Part shown: piece after piece, positions 50,666-64,000 of the stretch | How the letters are laid out: each line of letters begins with the position of its first letter | Position numbering within the stretch: the first letter of the stretch is position 1 | DNA from: Eledone cirrhosa | Taxonomy: Eukaryota | Reading direction: 5' to 3' | Assembly: GCA_964016885.1 (NCBI GenBank) | Contig: OZ024757.1 | Coordinates: forward strand, 22,754,001 to 22,818,000 | DNA length: 64,000 nt | Notes under the pieces: generated by a model | The model's database searches: none | What the model saw: only the letters and a program-made list of their open reading frames with translations | Told to the model about the DNA's origin: nothing | Position numbers and translations under genes: made by a program

Positions 50666-50696
<31 letters not shown>

Positions 50697-50700
<4 letters not shown>

Positions 50701-50971
50701 TAAGACAGGGGGGAAGAAAAAAATGGCTTCACTTGTGCTTTCAACAAATTTATTTTCTTCACAAAATCCAAAAATAATTTTTTTCCGGATTAGAAAAAGT
50801 TTTTCAAAAGAAATTTTTTTATATAAATTAACAACTTAATTTATATAAAAAAATTTCTTTTAAAATAATTTTTTCTAATCCGGAAAAAAATTCTTTTTGG
50901 ATTTTGTGAAGAAAATAAATTTGTTGAAAGCACAAGAGAAGCCATTTTTTTCTTCCCCCCTGTCTTAATAT
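50697..50971. repeat. Imperfect inverted repeat with arms of about 135 bp in (TA)n
   Basis: atattaagacaggggggaag...tatataaatta and taatttatata...cttcccccctgtcttaatat, separated by a short spacer. Confidence 0.9.
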
Positions 50972-51005
50972 ACCTAACTATACCAAGGATTACACACATT
51001 TTCCA

Positions 51006-51037
<32 letters not shown>

Positions 51038-51316
51038 GAAGTAATTAGAGAATTGGCTTTACAATCATGAGGTTGTGACTTCAATTCCTGGACAAGGTGA
51101 TGTGTCATATCCTTGAGCAAGACACTTTATTTCACATTACTCATTCTGCCAGTAGTTGTAACTGGTAGATAGTATCAGCAATAGCGTGACCACTGGAAAC
51201 ATTGTTGCCTTGGTTTCATTTGAGGAGTTCCATCCCACTTAGTAAGTGAATGTGGTCTGGGATCTCAGGTCAATCTTTTAACAAAAAAATTACATTACAC
51301 ACGCACACAGCCACAT

Positions 51317-51367
<51 letters not shown>

Positions 51368-51624
51368 CAGAGAGAAGGGGGAGGGAGAGAGGGAGAAAAG
51401 GAAAGACATAAAGAAAGAGATCTATCTCTCTAAACTCCCCGCCCCTCGCTGTATTATCCGGTATTCCCCATCTGTCTGTCTATTTACACACATGTGAACT
51501 TAGCTGAAGAATAGATGTGATATGCTTTTATGGTTGAGAAGTTGTTGTTAGGTTGGGCATTGAGGTGTTAAAGACTTGCTTAAGCAATCCAGGCAGAGAT
51601 ATATCGGATTTTCTAGAACCAATC

Positions 51625-51671
51625 ACACCACATATATACATATAGATATATATACATACATACACACATAT

Positions 51672-51718
<47 letters not shown>

Positions 51719-51759
51719 CACACATATAGACATATACATATACATACATACATACACAC

Positions 51760-51793
<34 letters not shown>

Positions 51794-51937
51794 ATACACA
51801 CATATATGCATACACACATAAATATATACATACATATATATATATATACATGCACACATATATACATACACACATATATATATACATACATATATATATA
51901 TACATATACATGTATACATACATACACACATATATAC

Positions 51938-51974
<37 letters not shown>

Positions 51975-53052
51975 CAAACATATATACATATACATATATA
52001 TATACATACACACATAAATGCAAATATACATTCACATATGCAGGCACATGTAAAAATGCATAAACATGCACATAAGCATATACATATCACAGACATATAC
52101 ATGCATATTAGCATACCCACATATATACACACATACACATATATACACACATACACACATGCACATCTATATTCACATATACATGCACATAAGCATACAC
52201 ACATGCATGCATATGCACATATATATTCATACACATACGCATGCACAAAAACACATGTATATACACACACATATACATGCATATATATTCATGCACATAT
52301 ACACATGCACATATACACACACACATGCATGTATACTTACACACACTTATATACACATGCATATATACACACACACTTAGATGCACACACACATATATAA
52401 ACATATATACACGTGCACATAGACACGTGCACATAGACACATGCATATATACATACACATATACACATATATATACACATATACATACACATATACACAT
52501 ATATACACATACATATACATATACACATGTACATATGCATATAGACACACATGCATATAGACATATAGATACACATATATGCATATACACATTTACACAC
52601 ACATCTTCACACACACAGACACACATACACATATAGACACACATCTTCACACATATTCGCACACATTCACACACATACATACACATATAGACACACGCAC
52701 ATTCACACACACAAACACTCATATACTCACACATACATACACATATACACACACACACATTCACACACATAAACGCACATATACACACACATACATACAC
52801 ATATACACACATACACACACATTCACACACATAAACACTCACATACACACACATACATACACATATACACACATACACACACATTCACAAACAAACACTC
52901 GTATACACACACAAACACACATATAGACACACACAAACACTCATACACATATAGACACACACACACATTCACACACATAAACAGTCATATACACACACAC
53001 ACACATATACACACACACCCATACACACACATATACACACATACACACACAC
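51625..53052. repeat. (CATA)n/(CA)n/(TA)n compound microsatellite
   Basis: Direct inspection. Confidence 0.95.
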
Positions 53053-53577
53053 CTTGACTTGCTTCATATTAAATGATGTTTGTCCTCAACCCATTATCAC
53101 TTTGTTTAATGTCTTATAGTATTTTCTGAAAGTGAAAAATAAATATAATCTTTTTTTTTATTATGAATTTTAATGTTTTTATTAAAACCTTTATTTATTG
53201 TTGTTGTTATTGTTTTCATTTAATTCAGTGCCGGCATTATTGCAGTAGATTGGCAGTATCGGAAGAGGGTCGGACGCCAGGCTTTGGCGCATAGAGTTAC
53301 GGCCCTTGCCATTCTGAGTTCAAATCCCACCGAGGTTAACTTTGCCTTTCATCCTTACGGGGGTCGATAAAATAAAGTACCAGTAATGCACTGGGATAAT
53401 TGCTGGCCTTGTGCCAAAAGCAGAAACAATTATTGCATAAATCAATGTTTAGGAAAACAACTTTGCTATAACCTTGATAATGATATAGAACAGAAGTACT
53501 CAACGACAGGCCGTAGGTTGACACCTGGACATGAAGCTTTTGGTACTTGATCACTTCCATTTTATTGACTAACGCAG

Positions 53578-54180
53578 TCTACTTTATGTTGAGTTGAGCC
53601 TACCCTATGTTGAGCTGAGTCTACCTTATGTTGAGTTGAGCCTACCCTATGTTGAGCTGAGTCTACCTTATGTTGAGTTGAGTCTACCCTATGTTGAGCT
53701 GAGTCTACTTTATGTTGAGTTGAGCCTACCCTATGTTGAGCTGAGTCTACTTTATGTTGAGTTGAGCCTACCCTATGTTGAGCTGAGTCTACCTTATGTT
53801 GAGTTGAGTCTACCTTATCCCGTTACCATTTAAACCAGCCGTATCTGTTCAGAATTCTCTTTCCTCTTTCTGTTCAAACTGGCTGTAACTGGCTGCTCAT
53901 ACTGACGTGAAGGTATTCTTCTCAAAAATAAGTAATATCAAAATCTCATAGATTCGATATTATGTGAGATAAAGCCTTTACCATGAAAATATAATAGTAT
54001 ATATAGAGTAATATAAATGCTAAAGGGTTATGTTGAGTTGAGTCTACCCTATGTTGAGTTGAGTCTACATTATGTTGAGTTGAGTCTACCCTATGTTGAG
54101 TTGAGTCTACCTTATGTTGAGTTGAGTCTACATTATGTTGAGCTGAGTCTATGTTGAGTCTACCCTATGTTGAGCTGAGT
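53578..54180 (+). repeat. 21-bp tandem repeat interrupted by a MITE
   Basis: Unit ttatgttgag(t/c)tgag(t/c)ctacc. It produces the artefactual SLPYVEL ORF. Confidence 0.9.
53819..54027. mobile_element. piggyBac-type MITE with a TTAT target duplication
   Basis: TTAT|CCCGTTACCATTTAAACC...AAATGCTAAAGGG|TTAT. Confidence 0.8.
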
Positions 54181-54239
54181 CACATTTACAGTATAAATGT
54201 TATATTAAAGTTACAAAATATGCTCTTTATTGTTGTTAC

Positions 54240-55320
54240 ACATGTGAGTTAAGTATAGTTTTATCTATCCAAAGCTGGTCGCTTGTACCTCTGCAGTTAT
54301 GCTTGCATCCTTTCTGCTCATCTGGTAGAATTCCATTTTCTTCAAGATGTTCGTACAATGATTCTGCAATTATTCGAGTCAATAATTTCTACATAAGTGG
54401 TAGGCATGTTATCAGTCTGTAGTTGTCTACTACATTCCTTTTAGTGATGTCTTTTAAGCAACAAACTGTCGTTTGTCTGCCACTCTGATATCACTTGATC
54501 AGCATTTAGCAATGTGTTGAGTTGTTCAGTTATTCATTCATGACATTGACTAAATCTTTTGATCCAGTAGCCTTGAACTCCATCTAGTCCTGGAAACTTG
54601 TTCATCTTTTTCTGGCTTCCTTCATCTTCCGAGCTGAAATGACTAACCATTCAGTGTCCTTCTTGTGTGCCTTCACTTTACTCCAAATGTCACCCCCAAA
54701 ACTTTTGACTTTCAATGTTATCCCATATAATCACTTCATCTGTACACTCTCCATTTATTTCTCAGTAAAATCTCTGTTGGTCTACTCTGAAAAGTCTATT
54801 TTGCTGATATTGCTTTATTCTGTGTTTGTATCTATCTTTGCTTCTTTGCTATGAGATGTTCCTTCAGTTTCTCCATTACTACTTTTAGACCTTTTCTTCC
54901 AATACCATACTTTCTCTCCAGTGCTCTGTATTTTCTTTCATTTCTAAACCCACCCACCCACCCCTTCCACTTCTCTTTTCAGACTAAGACAGAAATGTCC
55001 TTCAAGAGGGTATCTCTACTGGCTTGTATACTCCTTTTCCACCATGGCTATTTTCTTTGGTCTCCTTCATTATTTTTCTTTGCCTTGACATCTACACCCA
55101 TATTTTGTGCTACAACAATGGTTGTGAATTTATCAGGTCATTTGTTTCTGTAGTGTTATTTGTTTTAATGTATTTCAGAACATCCTTCACCTTACATGTT
55201 TCTTGGTTCAGCCTACATTGCTCAACCTTCTTTAGGTTACAAATAAGATTCCCATTGTTCTCCTGTAATCTTGTCTTTATTCTATCCTACATTGCTTTCT
55301 GTTCACCTGTCATGTTTTCA
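54240..55320 (-). mobile_element. Decayed R4/Dong-type ORF: N-terminal region plus start of RT
   Basis: Minus-strand remnants TETNDLI...PWWKRSI...PGLDGVQGYWIKRF...[40 protein letters not shown]...[10 protein letters not shown]. Confidence 0.8.
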
Positions 55321-56657
55321 TTAATGGGGTGGATTGGCAGTATCGGTAGAGTTACGGCCCTTTATGGTCTGAGTTCAAATCCCACCGAGGTTAACTTTGC
55401 CTTTCATTCTTATGGGGTCGATAAAATAAAGTACCAGTAATACACTGGGATAATTACTGGCCGTGTGCCAAAAGTAGAAACAATTAATTTCATTGTCTTC
55501 CATACCATCTACATTACTCTCACCCACCAGGCAGACATCTCTACCCTGTTTCTGTGGGTTACCAGAAATCTCTTCACCCTTGTCCTCTGCTCTAGTTACC
55601 CTTTCGTCAGTAAGACCATCAGAATTACTGTTATTGTTGTTGTATTTACCTAGTTATGTGTTTGGGGAAAAGCCTTCTACATACAGACCCCTTGACCTGC
55701 ATGTCTGACTATTCCATCTATCAGAGTTTGATTGTTTGTTACTGCTACGTTAAAACATTACATCTGCCAAGTGAGTCTTGTGGCTAGATATGTTTTCTAA
55801 TTGGTATTTTAGTTCAAAATAATTCAGAGCACTTTTTCAGGGATTGCTTAGCTTAAGATTGAAACCTGTTGGTGGCCCGAATAAAAGTCCTTCATGAGCC
55901 AGAGGTTGCTGATGCCAGCTATATAGTGTGTATAAGGTGACACATTGACAGATTCATTAGAACAGTGGATAGAGTGCTTTGTAGTATTCCTTTCAGCTCT
56001 CTTCTCCCTGAGTTCAACTTTGCCTTTCATCCATTCATGTTCGATAAAAAAAAGTACCAGTCAAGTACTGAGATTGATTCTTCCTCTAAATCTCTCTTCT
56101 CTTCTCTCACTCTCTATATCTTTCTTTAGAAGAAATCTGCTGTTTTCACACACAGAGAGGAGATGGGCTCTGTTAAGTTTTAAAAATGCCCTAGAAACAT
56201 TGTATATCAATATGGCGCCCCAGCATCTCCACCAACAGTTACAGGACCAAACATATCCTACATAATGTATAAATGAGTTGAAATATAATTAGTGACAAGT
56301 AGTATTGGCATTAACCTGTCCTTTGGACAACATTGCTGGTGTGAAGAGGAGGGACTGGCATGCATTGTGATGGTGATGATGATGATGATGATGATAACAG
56401 TGGTGATGGTGATAATGGTGATGATGATGATGATAATGATAAAAGCAGTGGTGGTGGTGATGATGATGATGATGATGATGACGATGACAGCAGTGATGGT
56501 GGTGGTGATGATGATGATGAAGTGGAGATGATGTCAGAGATACTGAAATAGTGTTCATATTACAATGGTGCAGGGAAAGGAAAAAGTAAGTGAGAGAGAG
56601 AGAGGGTGGGACAGAGACAGACAGAGAGAGAGTAAATGAGAGAGAGAGTGAGTGAGT

Positions 56658-56692
<35 letters not shown>

Positions 56693-56869
56693 GCAAAGAT
56701 ATTTCATTCCAACTGAAATCAATTCACCAATAAAATCTATTTTGCTGGGGAAAAACAGAAAAATTTGATCGTATCCAAAATTTCCAATCACAGAGAACAA
56801 TAAAGTTATTGATGAGGGAAGACAATGTCTGACACCATCGTTATTCATCCCCACCACCATTAATAATGC

Positions 56870-57915
56870 TGCCTCCACCAACACCACCACCATTGATAAT
56901 ACTGCCACCAATACTACCACCAACACCACCACCATTGATAATACTGCCACCAACACTACCACCAACACCACCACCATTGATAATACTGCCACCAATACTA
57001 CCACCAACACCACCACCATTGATAATACTGCCACCAACACCACCAACACCACCACCATTGATAATACTGCCACCAACACTACCACCAACACCACCACCAT
57101 TGATAATACTGCCACCAACACTACCACCAACACCACCACCATTGCTAATACTGCCACCAATACCATCATTGCCACTACCACTGTTGACACCACCATTGTC
57201 ATCACTGCTACTACTACCACTATCACCACTACATTAGCCACCACCACCACCACCACAACTACTATCCAATATTACTACCGCCACCTCAACTGTCACTACC
57301 ACCACTTCAACTACCACCACCACCACCACCACAACTACCGCCTCCTCAACCACCACTATACCACTACCACAACCTCAACTACCACCACCACCACCACCAC
57401 CACAACTACCGCCTCCTCAACCACCACTATACCACTACCACAACCTCAACTACCACCACCACCACTATACCACTACCACAACCTCAACTACCACCACCAC
57501 CACCACCACAACTACCACCTCCTCAACCACCACCACTATACCACTACTACAACCTCAACTACAACCACCACCACCACCACAACTACTATCCAATATTACT
57601 ACCACCACCTCAACTGTTACTACCACCATTACAACTACCACCACCACCACTATATCACTACCACAACCTCAACTACCACCACCACCACCACAACTACCAC
57701 CTCCTCAACCACCACCACTATACCACTACTACAACCTCAACCACCACCACCACCACCACTATGCCACTACCACAACCTCAACTACCACCACCACCACCAC
57801 AACTACCACCTCCTCAACCACCACCACCACTATACCACTACTACAACCTCAACCACCACCACCACCACCACTATGCCACTACCACAACCTCAACTATCAC
57901 CACCACCACCACCCT
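56870..57915. repeat. 42-bp minisatellite followed by (ACC/ACT)n-derived repeats
   Basis: Unit ccaccaacaccaccaccattgataatactgccaccaa(t/c)acta about 6 times, then cacc/ctac arrays. Confidence 0.9.
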
Positions 57916-58443
57916 CACCAATACAATTGTTACCTTCACTAACAAATTATGGATCAAGTAGATCCTCTTTTATTTTATTCAATATATAAAAATGTGAAAT
58001 TATAAAAGGACATCTGGTTTTGTTTGTTTTTAAAGAATCGTCCATTTTCTTTAGATTCTTCAGCCATATTGGAGCCTGAAGGATATTGAGATTAGTGAAA
58101 CATGGGAAGACAACAGATGGCAAATGTCATCAAGATAATTTCAGTTTTGCATATATTAAACACATAAATTGGAGTAAATTTATTATGGATGGTGATAAAT
58201 AAAGTACCAGTAATGCACTGGGGTAATTTGCTGGCCTTGTGCCTAAAGTAGAAACAATTATTATGGATGGCGATGGATTGATGTCATCAAGAAAATTTCA
58301 GTTTTGCATATATTAAACACATAAATTGGAGTAAATTTATTATTATTATTATTATGGATGGTGATAAATAAAGTACCAGTAATGCACTGGGGTAATTTGC
58401 TGGCCTTGTGCCTAAAGTAGAAACAATTATTATGGATGGCGAT

Positions 58444-59400
58444 GGATTGGCAGTATCCGTAGAGGGTCGGACACCATGCTCTGCAGCATAGAGTTACACC
58501 CCTTTACGGTCTGAGTTCAAATTCCTCCGAGGTTAACTTTGCCTTTCATCCTTACGGGAGGTCGATAAAATAAAGTACCAGTAATTCACTGGTTTAAATT
58601 GCTGGCCTTGTGCCAAAAAGTAGAAACAATTATTATGGATTGACAGTATCGGTAGAGTGTCGGACAACATGCTTTGTGGCATAGAGTTACGTCCCTTTGC
58701 GGTCTGAGTTCAAATCCCGCCGAGGTTAACCTTGCCTTTCATCCTTACGGGGTCGATAAAATAAAGTACCAGTAATTCACTGGTTTAAATTGCTGGCCTT
58801 GTGCCAAAAAGTAGAAACAATTATTATGGATTGACAGTATCGGTAGAGTGTCGGACAACATGCTTTGTGGCATAGAGTTACGTCCCTTTGCGGTCTGAGT
58901 TCAAATCCCGCCGAGGTTAACCTTGCCTTTCATCCTTACGGGGTCGATAAAATAAAGTACCAGTAATTCACTGGTTTAAATTGCTGGCCTTGTGCCAAAA
59001 AGTAGAAACAATTATTATGGATTGACAGTATCGGTAGAGTGTCGGACAACATGCTTTGTGGCATAGAGTTACGTCCCTTTGCGGTCTGAGTTCAAATCCC
59101 ACCGAGGTTAACCTTGCCTTTCATCCTTAGAGGGGTCGATAAAATAAAGTACCAGTAATTCACTGGTTTAAATTGCTGGCCTTGTGCCAAAAAGTAGAAA
59201 CAATTATTATGGATTGACAGTATCGGTAGAGTGTCGGACAACATGCTTTGTGGCATAGAGTTACGTCCCTTTGCGGTCTGAGTTCAAATCCCTCCGAGGT
59301 TAACTTTGCCTTTCATCCTTACGGGAGGTCGATAAAATAAAGTACCAGTAATTCACTGGTTTAAATTGCTGGCCTTGTGCCAAAAAATAGAAACAATTGT
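58444..59400 (+). repeat. Five head-to-tail SINE family A copies with a 191-193 bp period
   Basis: Heads at 58444, 58637, 58828, 59019 and 59211. All share the private variant aattcactggtttaaattgc. Confidence 0.92.
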
Positions 59401-59734
59401 TATTTGGACGATTAGCTGTATTGGCCTTCATCAACAACAACCTTTGTGATGTTGTGAAGTTCATTCTTCTGAGTTCAAGCTCCCACAAATTCTTCCCATG
59501 TCTTCATTGCTCTTCAGCTTAGATCAGTTCTTTGTCTCCTCCTCCTTCCTCTTCTTCTTCATCTTCTTCATTTCCTTCTTTTTCTCAATCATCTTCGTCC
59601 CTTCCTCCTCCTCCTTCTTCTTCTCAAATCAGAGAACCCCATGGGGGTCTCTTGGTCCACATTGTCCTACCTTAACCTAACAGCCAGCCTCCAAATGCAC
59701 CAAGTCTATGAAGGAATCCAGTTTTATCTTTTAA

Positions 59735-59959
59735 CCCTTTAGCATTTAATTAAACCGGCCATATCCGGCCAGAATTCTGTCGCCTTTTTCTGTTCAAACA
59801 GACCCCAACTGGCCCCTCATACTGATGTTAACGTATTTTTCTCAAAATAAATAATACCAACATCTCATAGATTCAATATTATGTGAGATATTATGTAAGA
59901 TAAGGCCTTTTACTGCAAATATACAATAGTTTATAAAGAGTAATGTAAATGATAAAGGG
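59735..59959. mobile_element. piggyBac-type MITE
   Basis: TTAA|CCCTTTAGCATTTA...TAAATGATAAAGGG|TTAA. Confidence 0.85.
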
Positions 59960-60372
59960 TTAAACACCAACACACTACATGTATTCATGTTATGTTATTT
60001 TGCCTCAATCTTTCATGTACGGTAAAGATTGCACATCCAGTACATCACGCTCGCTGCATTGGTTTTCATGCTGTACACATGCTCTGCATTCAGTGCACAG
60101 GTTTCACAACCATGCAATACTACAATACATAAACACCATACTATCTGTCAATTACTCCATTCTGACAAAGAATCTTTTTCTTACAAGAAAAGGTAATGTC
60201 TATATGTGTATGCGTTTGTGTGTGTGTATGTGTTTGTGTGTGTGTATGTGTGTGTGTATGTGTGTGTGTATGTGTGTGTGTGTGTGTGTGTATATATGGC
60301 TATATATATATATATATATATATTTAATACCCTTTAATTTCTCTATTTTCATTTATATATATATATATATAT

Positions 60373-60407
<35 letters not shown>

Positions 60408-61138
60408 TTTACGTCCGCTTTTCCCTGCTTGCAAGGGTGGGACGGGAACTGATTCTGGCTTGATTTCTACAGCTGGATGCCCTTCCTAACACCAACCTCA
60501 TTTACAGTGAGTGCTGGGTGCTTTTTTTTTTCCGTGGCGCGTTCACATCCACTTCACAGTGTGGGCTGGGTGCATTTTTGCCGTGGAACCTCCACAACCA
60601 CTTTGCAGTGGAATGATAGGGACCCCAGTCATATCATCTCATTTCTACAGCTGAGTAAACTGGAGCAATGTAAAATAAAGGGTCTTGCTCAAGGAAACAA
60701 CATATCACCCGGTCTGAGAATTGAACTCACAACCTTTTGATTGCAAGCCCAATGCTCTAACCACTAAGCCATGTGCCTCCATTTTATATATATATATATG
60801 TATATACAAAATATATATGCATACATGATGATGATATATATATATATGAAAAATATATATGCATCATCATCACCAATTTACGTCCATTCTTCCACGCTAG
60901 CATGGGTTAGACGGGTTGTCCTGTTGAGAGCAGTGTCCAGTCGGCTAACCTTGTCTTGCTCATACAGGAACTGATTCAGGCTTGATTTCTACAGCTGGAT
61001 GCCCTTCCTAACACCAACCTCATTTACAGTGTGGGCTGGGTGCTTTTTTGCCGTGGCACCTCCACGACCACTTTGCAGTGGAATGATAGGGACCCCGATT
61101 GTGAATCCAATTCTCTAACCACTCAGCCACACGCCTTC
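60373..61138 (-). mobile_element. Two SINE family B copies (60373-60780 and 60862-61138)
   Basis: tRNA heads, RTE tails and (CAT)n on the plus strand, inserted in (TA)n. Confidence 0.85.
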
Positions 61139-61570
61139 ATATATATATATATATATAAATATTTTGTATCTCCAAAGAAATACAGTTTTAGGAAGCCGTA
61201 GCTATGCAAACACCGGGGGGGGGGGGCTAACGCCCTCTGGTGATGTCCAGCAGAAGCAAGGGGGACAACCGTCTATGCATTTCAAGCGTCTATGCGTTAA
61301 TGGTTTAACCATCGGTTAATGGTTTAACCATCGTCTCAGTGTGTTTGGCCTTTTTAACGTATGCTTATTGCTCTAGTTCACTCGTATCTATCGAGCGCTT
61401 GCCACACAATTCGGAAGTTGTTTTTTGCTAATTTCCACTAGCCGAAATGCAATTCTCGCTAATTTATATTTGTATATACATATATATATATGTATGTGTG
61501 TGTATGTGTGTATACATATATGCATATATATACATATATATATTTATACATATGTACATATATATATATA

Positions 61571-62428
61571 CAGGGTGTGGACGATATTTGTTCGCAATTT
61601 TCAACTGCTAATTTTATGCAAATTTTTTTTACTTCCGTTGTCACTCTTGTCTTCATAAAAACAGTGACTATATTTCCATTATTTATTTTCAGAATAATTG
61701 ATTATGAATAATTTTGAACCTCCAAATTTGTCGAATCCGCGCCGGGAGGACAAATAAGACCAGAATATCAACTCCCAGAACAACAGGTGGCTCGCTGTCT
61801 CATCCAAAGATGTGCCCAGAGTCATGCAGACAAAGTTTCCAGCGACAACATTGGTCTTAGGTGTTGTCAGCAGTCATGCCACCTCACTTCTTCCCTGAGG
61901 GCCTCAAACTGAACACCGATGGCTACATCTGCGTTCTGAGCAAGGTAGTAAAGCCCTGGATCGACCAGGCAGCTGCAGGTAGGCCGTACATGTGGCAGCA
62001 AGACTCAGCGCCCTGCCATACCAGCCGAAAGACCCAAGCCTGGCTGTCAGAGAACTTCGTCGACCACACTTCACCTGACATCTGGTCTCCCAGCTTGCCT
62101 GACTGGAAGCCTCTCGACTTCTTTGTGTGGGGTGCAGTGGAACAAGACACCAATAGATCTAGCTGTAATACGAAAGACGATCTGAAGGCCAGGATCACAA
62201 GTGCCTTTAGGGGCCTAAGTCGGGGTACAGTGACAAGGGCCTGTAGCCAGTTCCGAGGCCGCCTTGAGGCCGTCATCAAAGCCAATGGCGGGTTTATCAA
62301 GTGAGATCGAAAGAACAAGTCATGAAGACAAACTGACCCAAGTTTGATAAATATATCTTAAAAAATAAAACTACTGTGTTATTTTTTCCTGAACAGTAAT
62401 CTTACGAACAGATATCGTCCGCACCCTG
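61571..62428 (+). mobile_element. Internally deleted DD37D (maT-type) Tc1/mariner element, copy 2
   Basis: TA|CAGGGTGTGGACGATATTTGTTCG...CGAACAGATATCGTCCGCACCCTG|TA. ORF 61861-62304 has WQQDSAPCH and PDWKPLDFFVWG with 37 residues between the two Asp. The N-terminal HTH and first Asp are absent. Confidence 0.9.
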
Positions 62429-62887
62429 TATATATACATATATATGTAAGTGTGTGTGTGTATACATATATACATATATATACATACATATATATTTTTA
62501 TACATATGTACATATATATACACCCACACACACATATATATATATATATCCATGTATAATGTGACTGCGTGTGTTAGTATGAATACCTTTTAAGTCGCAG
62601 CTAATACTTGGTCTGTGCTGATGAATATTTCCACTATTCATGGGCATGTTTTTCTAATAAATGACGAATTAAAATGTTTTATTGACTTATGGACTTCATG
62701 TGACTCTGTAAATATGTTGGTGTGTGTTTGGGATGGTGTCCGATAGATTTCGGAAGGTCTGTGTTGTGTGTGTGTGCATGTGTATATATATATGTGTGTA
62801 ATTGTGTAATATGTATGCATGTATATATAAATAAATATATATATATAGATGCATGTATGTATATATATATATGCATATGTAAATATA

Positions 62888-62926
<39 letters not shown>

Positions 62927-63225
62927 ATGTGTGAGTGTGTATATGCATATATATACATATATATATATATGTATGTACATATATATATGCATATACATGT
63001 ATGTGTATATATATATATATATATGTGTGTAATTGTGTAGTATGTATGCCTGCATATATATATATATATATAGGAAAATGTTCAAGACCCCGACGGTAGA
63101 GCTCAACCCATTTCAACGGCTATTTCTGGACGCTATATGCATATATATATATATATATATGCATATATATGCATATATATACATAAATATATGTATGTAC
63201 ATATATATATATGCATATACATATG

Positions 63226-63267
<42 letters not shown>

Positions 63268-63779
63268 AATATATATATATATATATAATTATATAAATAT
63301 ATGTACATATATATATATGCATATACATATGTATGTATATATATATATATATATATATATAATTATATATATATGTACATATATATGTGTGTGTCTGTGT
63401 GTGTACAAAATTACTTGAATACACATAAAAATCCCCAATCATGTGTTTGGCTTATTTCTATTCCCCTCAACCTTTTCACTCCAGTGTATTTAACAGATTA
63501 AATATGAAATTTGTAGCTAAATCATCTTTATTGCTGATATTCTCACTAAAACTAAACAAAATTTACATCTTTGCATTTTCATGTTTCGTAGTTCAATACC
63601 ACGACTGGTGTCACACAATTGCAACTTAAAACATTCATAGCGAGACTCACATGTTTATTATGTACTAACATGTTTATTATGTACTAACAAAACAGCCTGT
63701 TGTTGCCAGGCAAACTTTTCACCATTTTAAATGAAGACCCCCCCCCCTCCTCCCCTCCACATGGCCATCTTTAGAAACC

Positions 63780-63928
63780 CCCAGAAGTCTGCTATTTTAG
63801 GGGCGAGCAAGATTTAAACTATATGTTGACATGCTCTGGGAGCTAAAGAAATTATGTATCAGATTTGAACAAAACCAGATGGAAACTTTCAAAATGCATC
63901 GCCTGCATACAGACAGACAGATAGATAT
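63780..63928 (+). mobile_element. Possible Helentron/HINE-like 3' remnant
   Basis: atcagatttgaacaaaaccagatggaaac... followed by (ACAG)n resembles HINE/DINE-1-type ends as I recall them. Confidence 0.3.
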
Positions 63929-63929
63929 A

Positions 63930-64000
63930 TTTCTTTATTAGCCACAAGGGCGCACAAGAAAAGGGGACAAAACAAGGACACATGCCGGGGATTTTACATA
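63930..64000 (-). mobile_element. L1/Tx1-like LINE 3' end, cut by the window edge
   Basis: Near-identical to 15341-15410 (atttctttatt(a/t)gccacaagggcgcacaagaaaaggggacaaaacaa) and adjacent to gacagatagata. Confidence 0.65.

Larger units (their letters stand above)
50095..50668. mobile_element. Nested inverted repeats of a GC-richer pLTR-like family carrying hammerhead 3' halves
   Basis: 50095-50230 is the inverse of 50530-50668, and 50175-50230 is the inverse of 50236-50290. GAA-ACGGCT(tgggctc)AGCCGT-C lies at about 50546-50568. Relatives occur at 13426-13515 and 63070-63135. Confidence 0.55.

Noticed and set aside
53594-53833. SLPYVEL heptad-repeat ORF with an upstream ctaac...cag
   Set aside because: It is a 21-bp minisatellite interrupted by a MITE. 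The putative branch point is too close to the AG, and there is no ATG.

Overview
This is AT-rich eukaryotic DNA saturated with (TA)n, (CA)n, (TATG)n, (GGT)n, (TAA)n and (GATA)n microsatellites. Composition, SINE content and the 5S sequence point to a coleoid cephalopod, probably Octopus (inference). No host protein-coding gene can be called with confidence, and nearly all ORFs in the track are microsatellite or SINE artefacts. The window is a mosaic of mobile elements: two abundant tRNA-headed SINE families; 5'-truncated RTE LINEs, one carrying a PHD-type zinc finger inside its RT and one supplying the 3' tail of a SINE family; R4/Dong-type fragments in (TAA)n; L1/Tx1-like 3' ends in (GATA)n; two internally deleted DD37D (maT) elements; mariner derivatives; a TTAA piggyBac-type MITE family; a decayed hAT-like transposase; a 5S rRNA copy; and a 114-bp satellite. 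The most notable signal, invisible to the ORF track, is a set of nine minimal type-I hammerhead ribozyme motifs (CUGANGA...GAAA...NUH, usually with a palindromic stem III). Several lie in head-to-head inverted repeats within (TA)n tracts, the architecture expected of Penelope-like pLTR remnants or non-autonomous retrozyme-like elements. All folds and alignments were made by eye.
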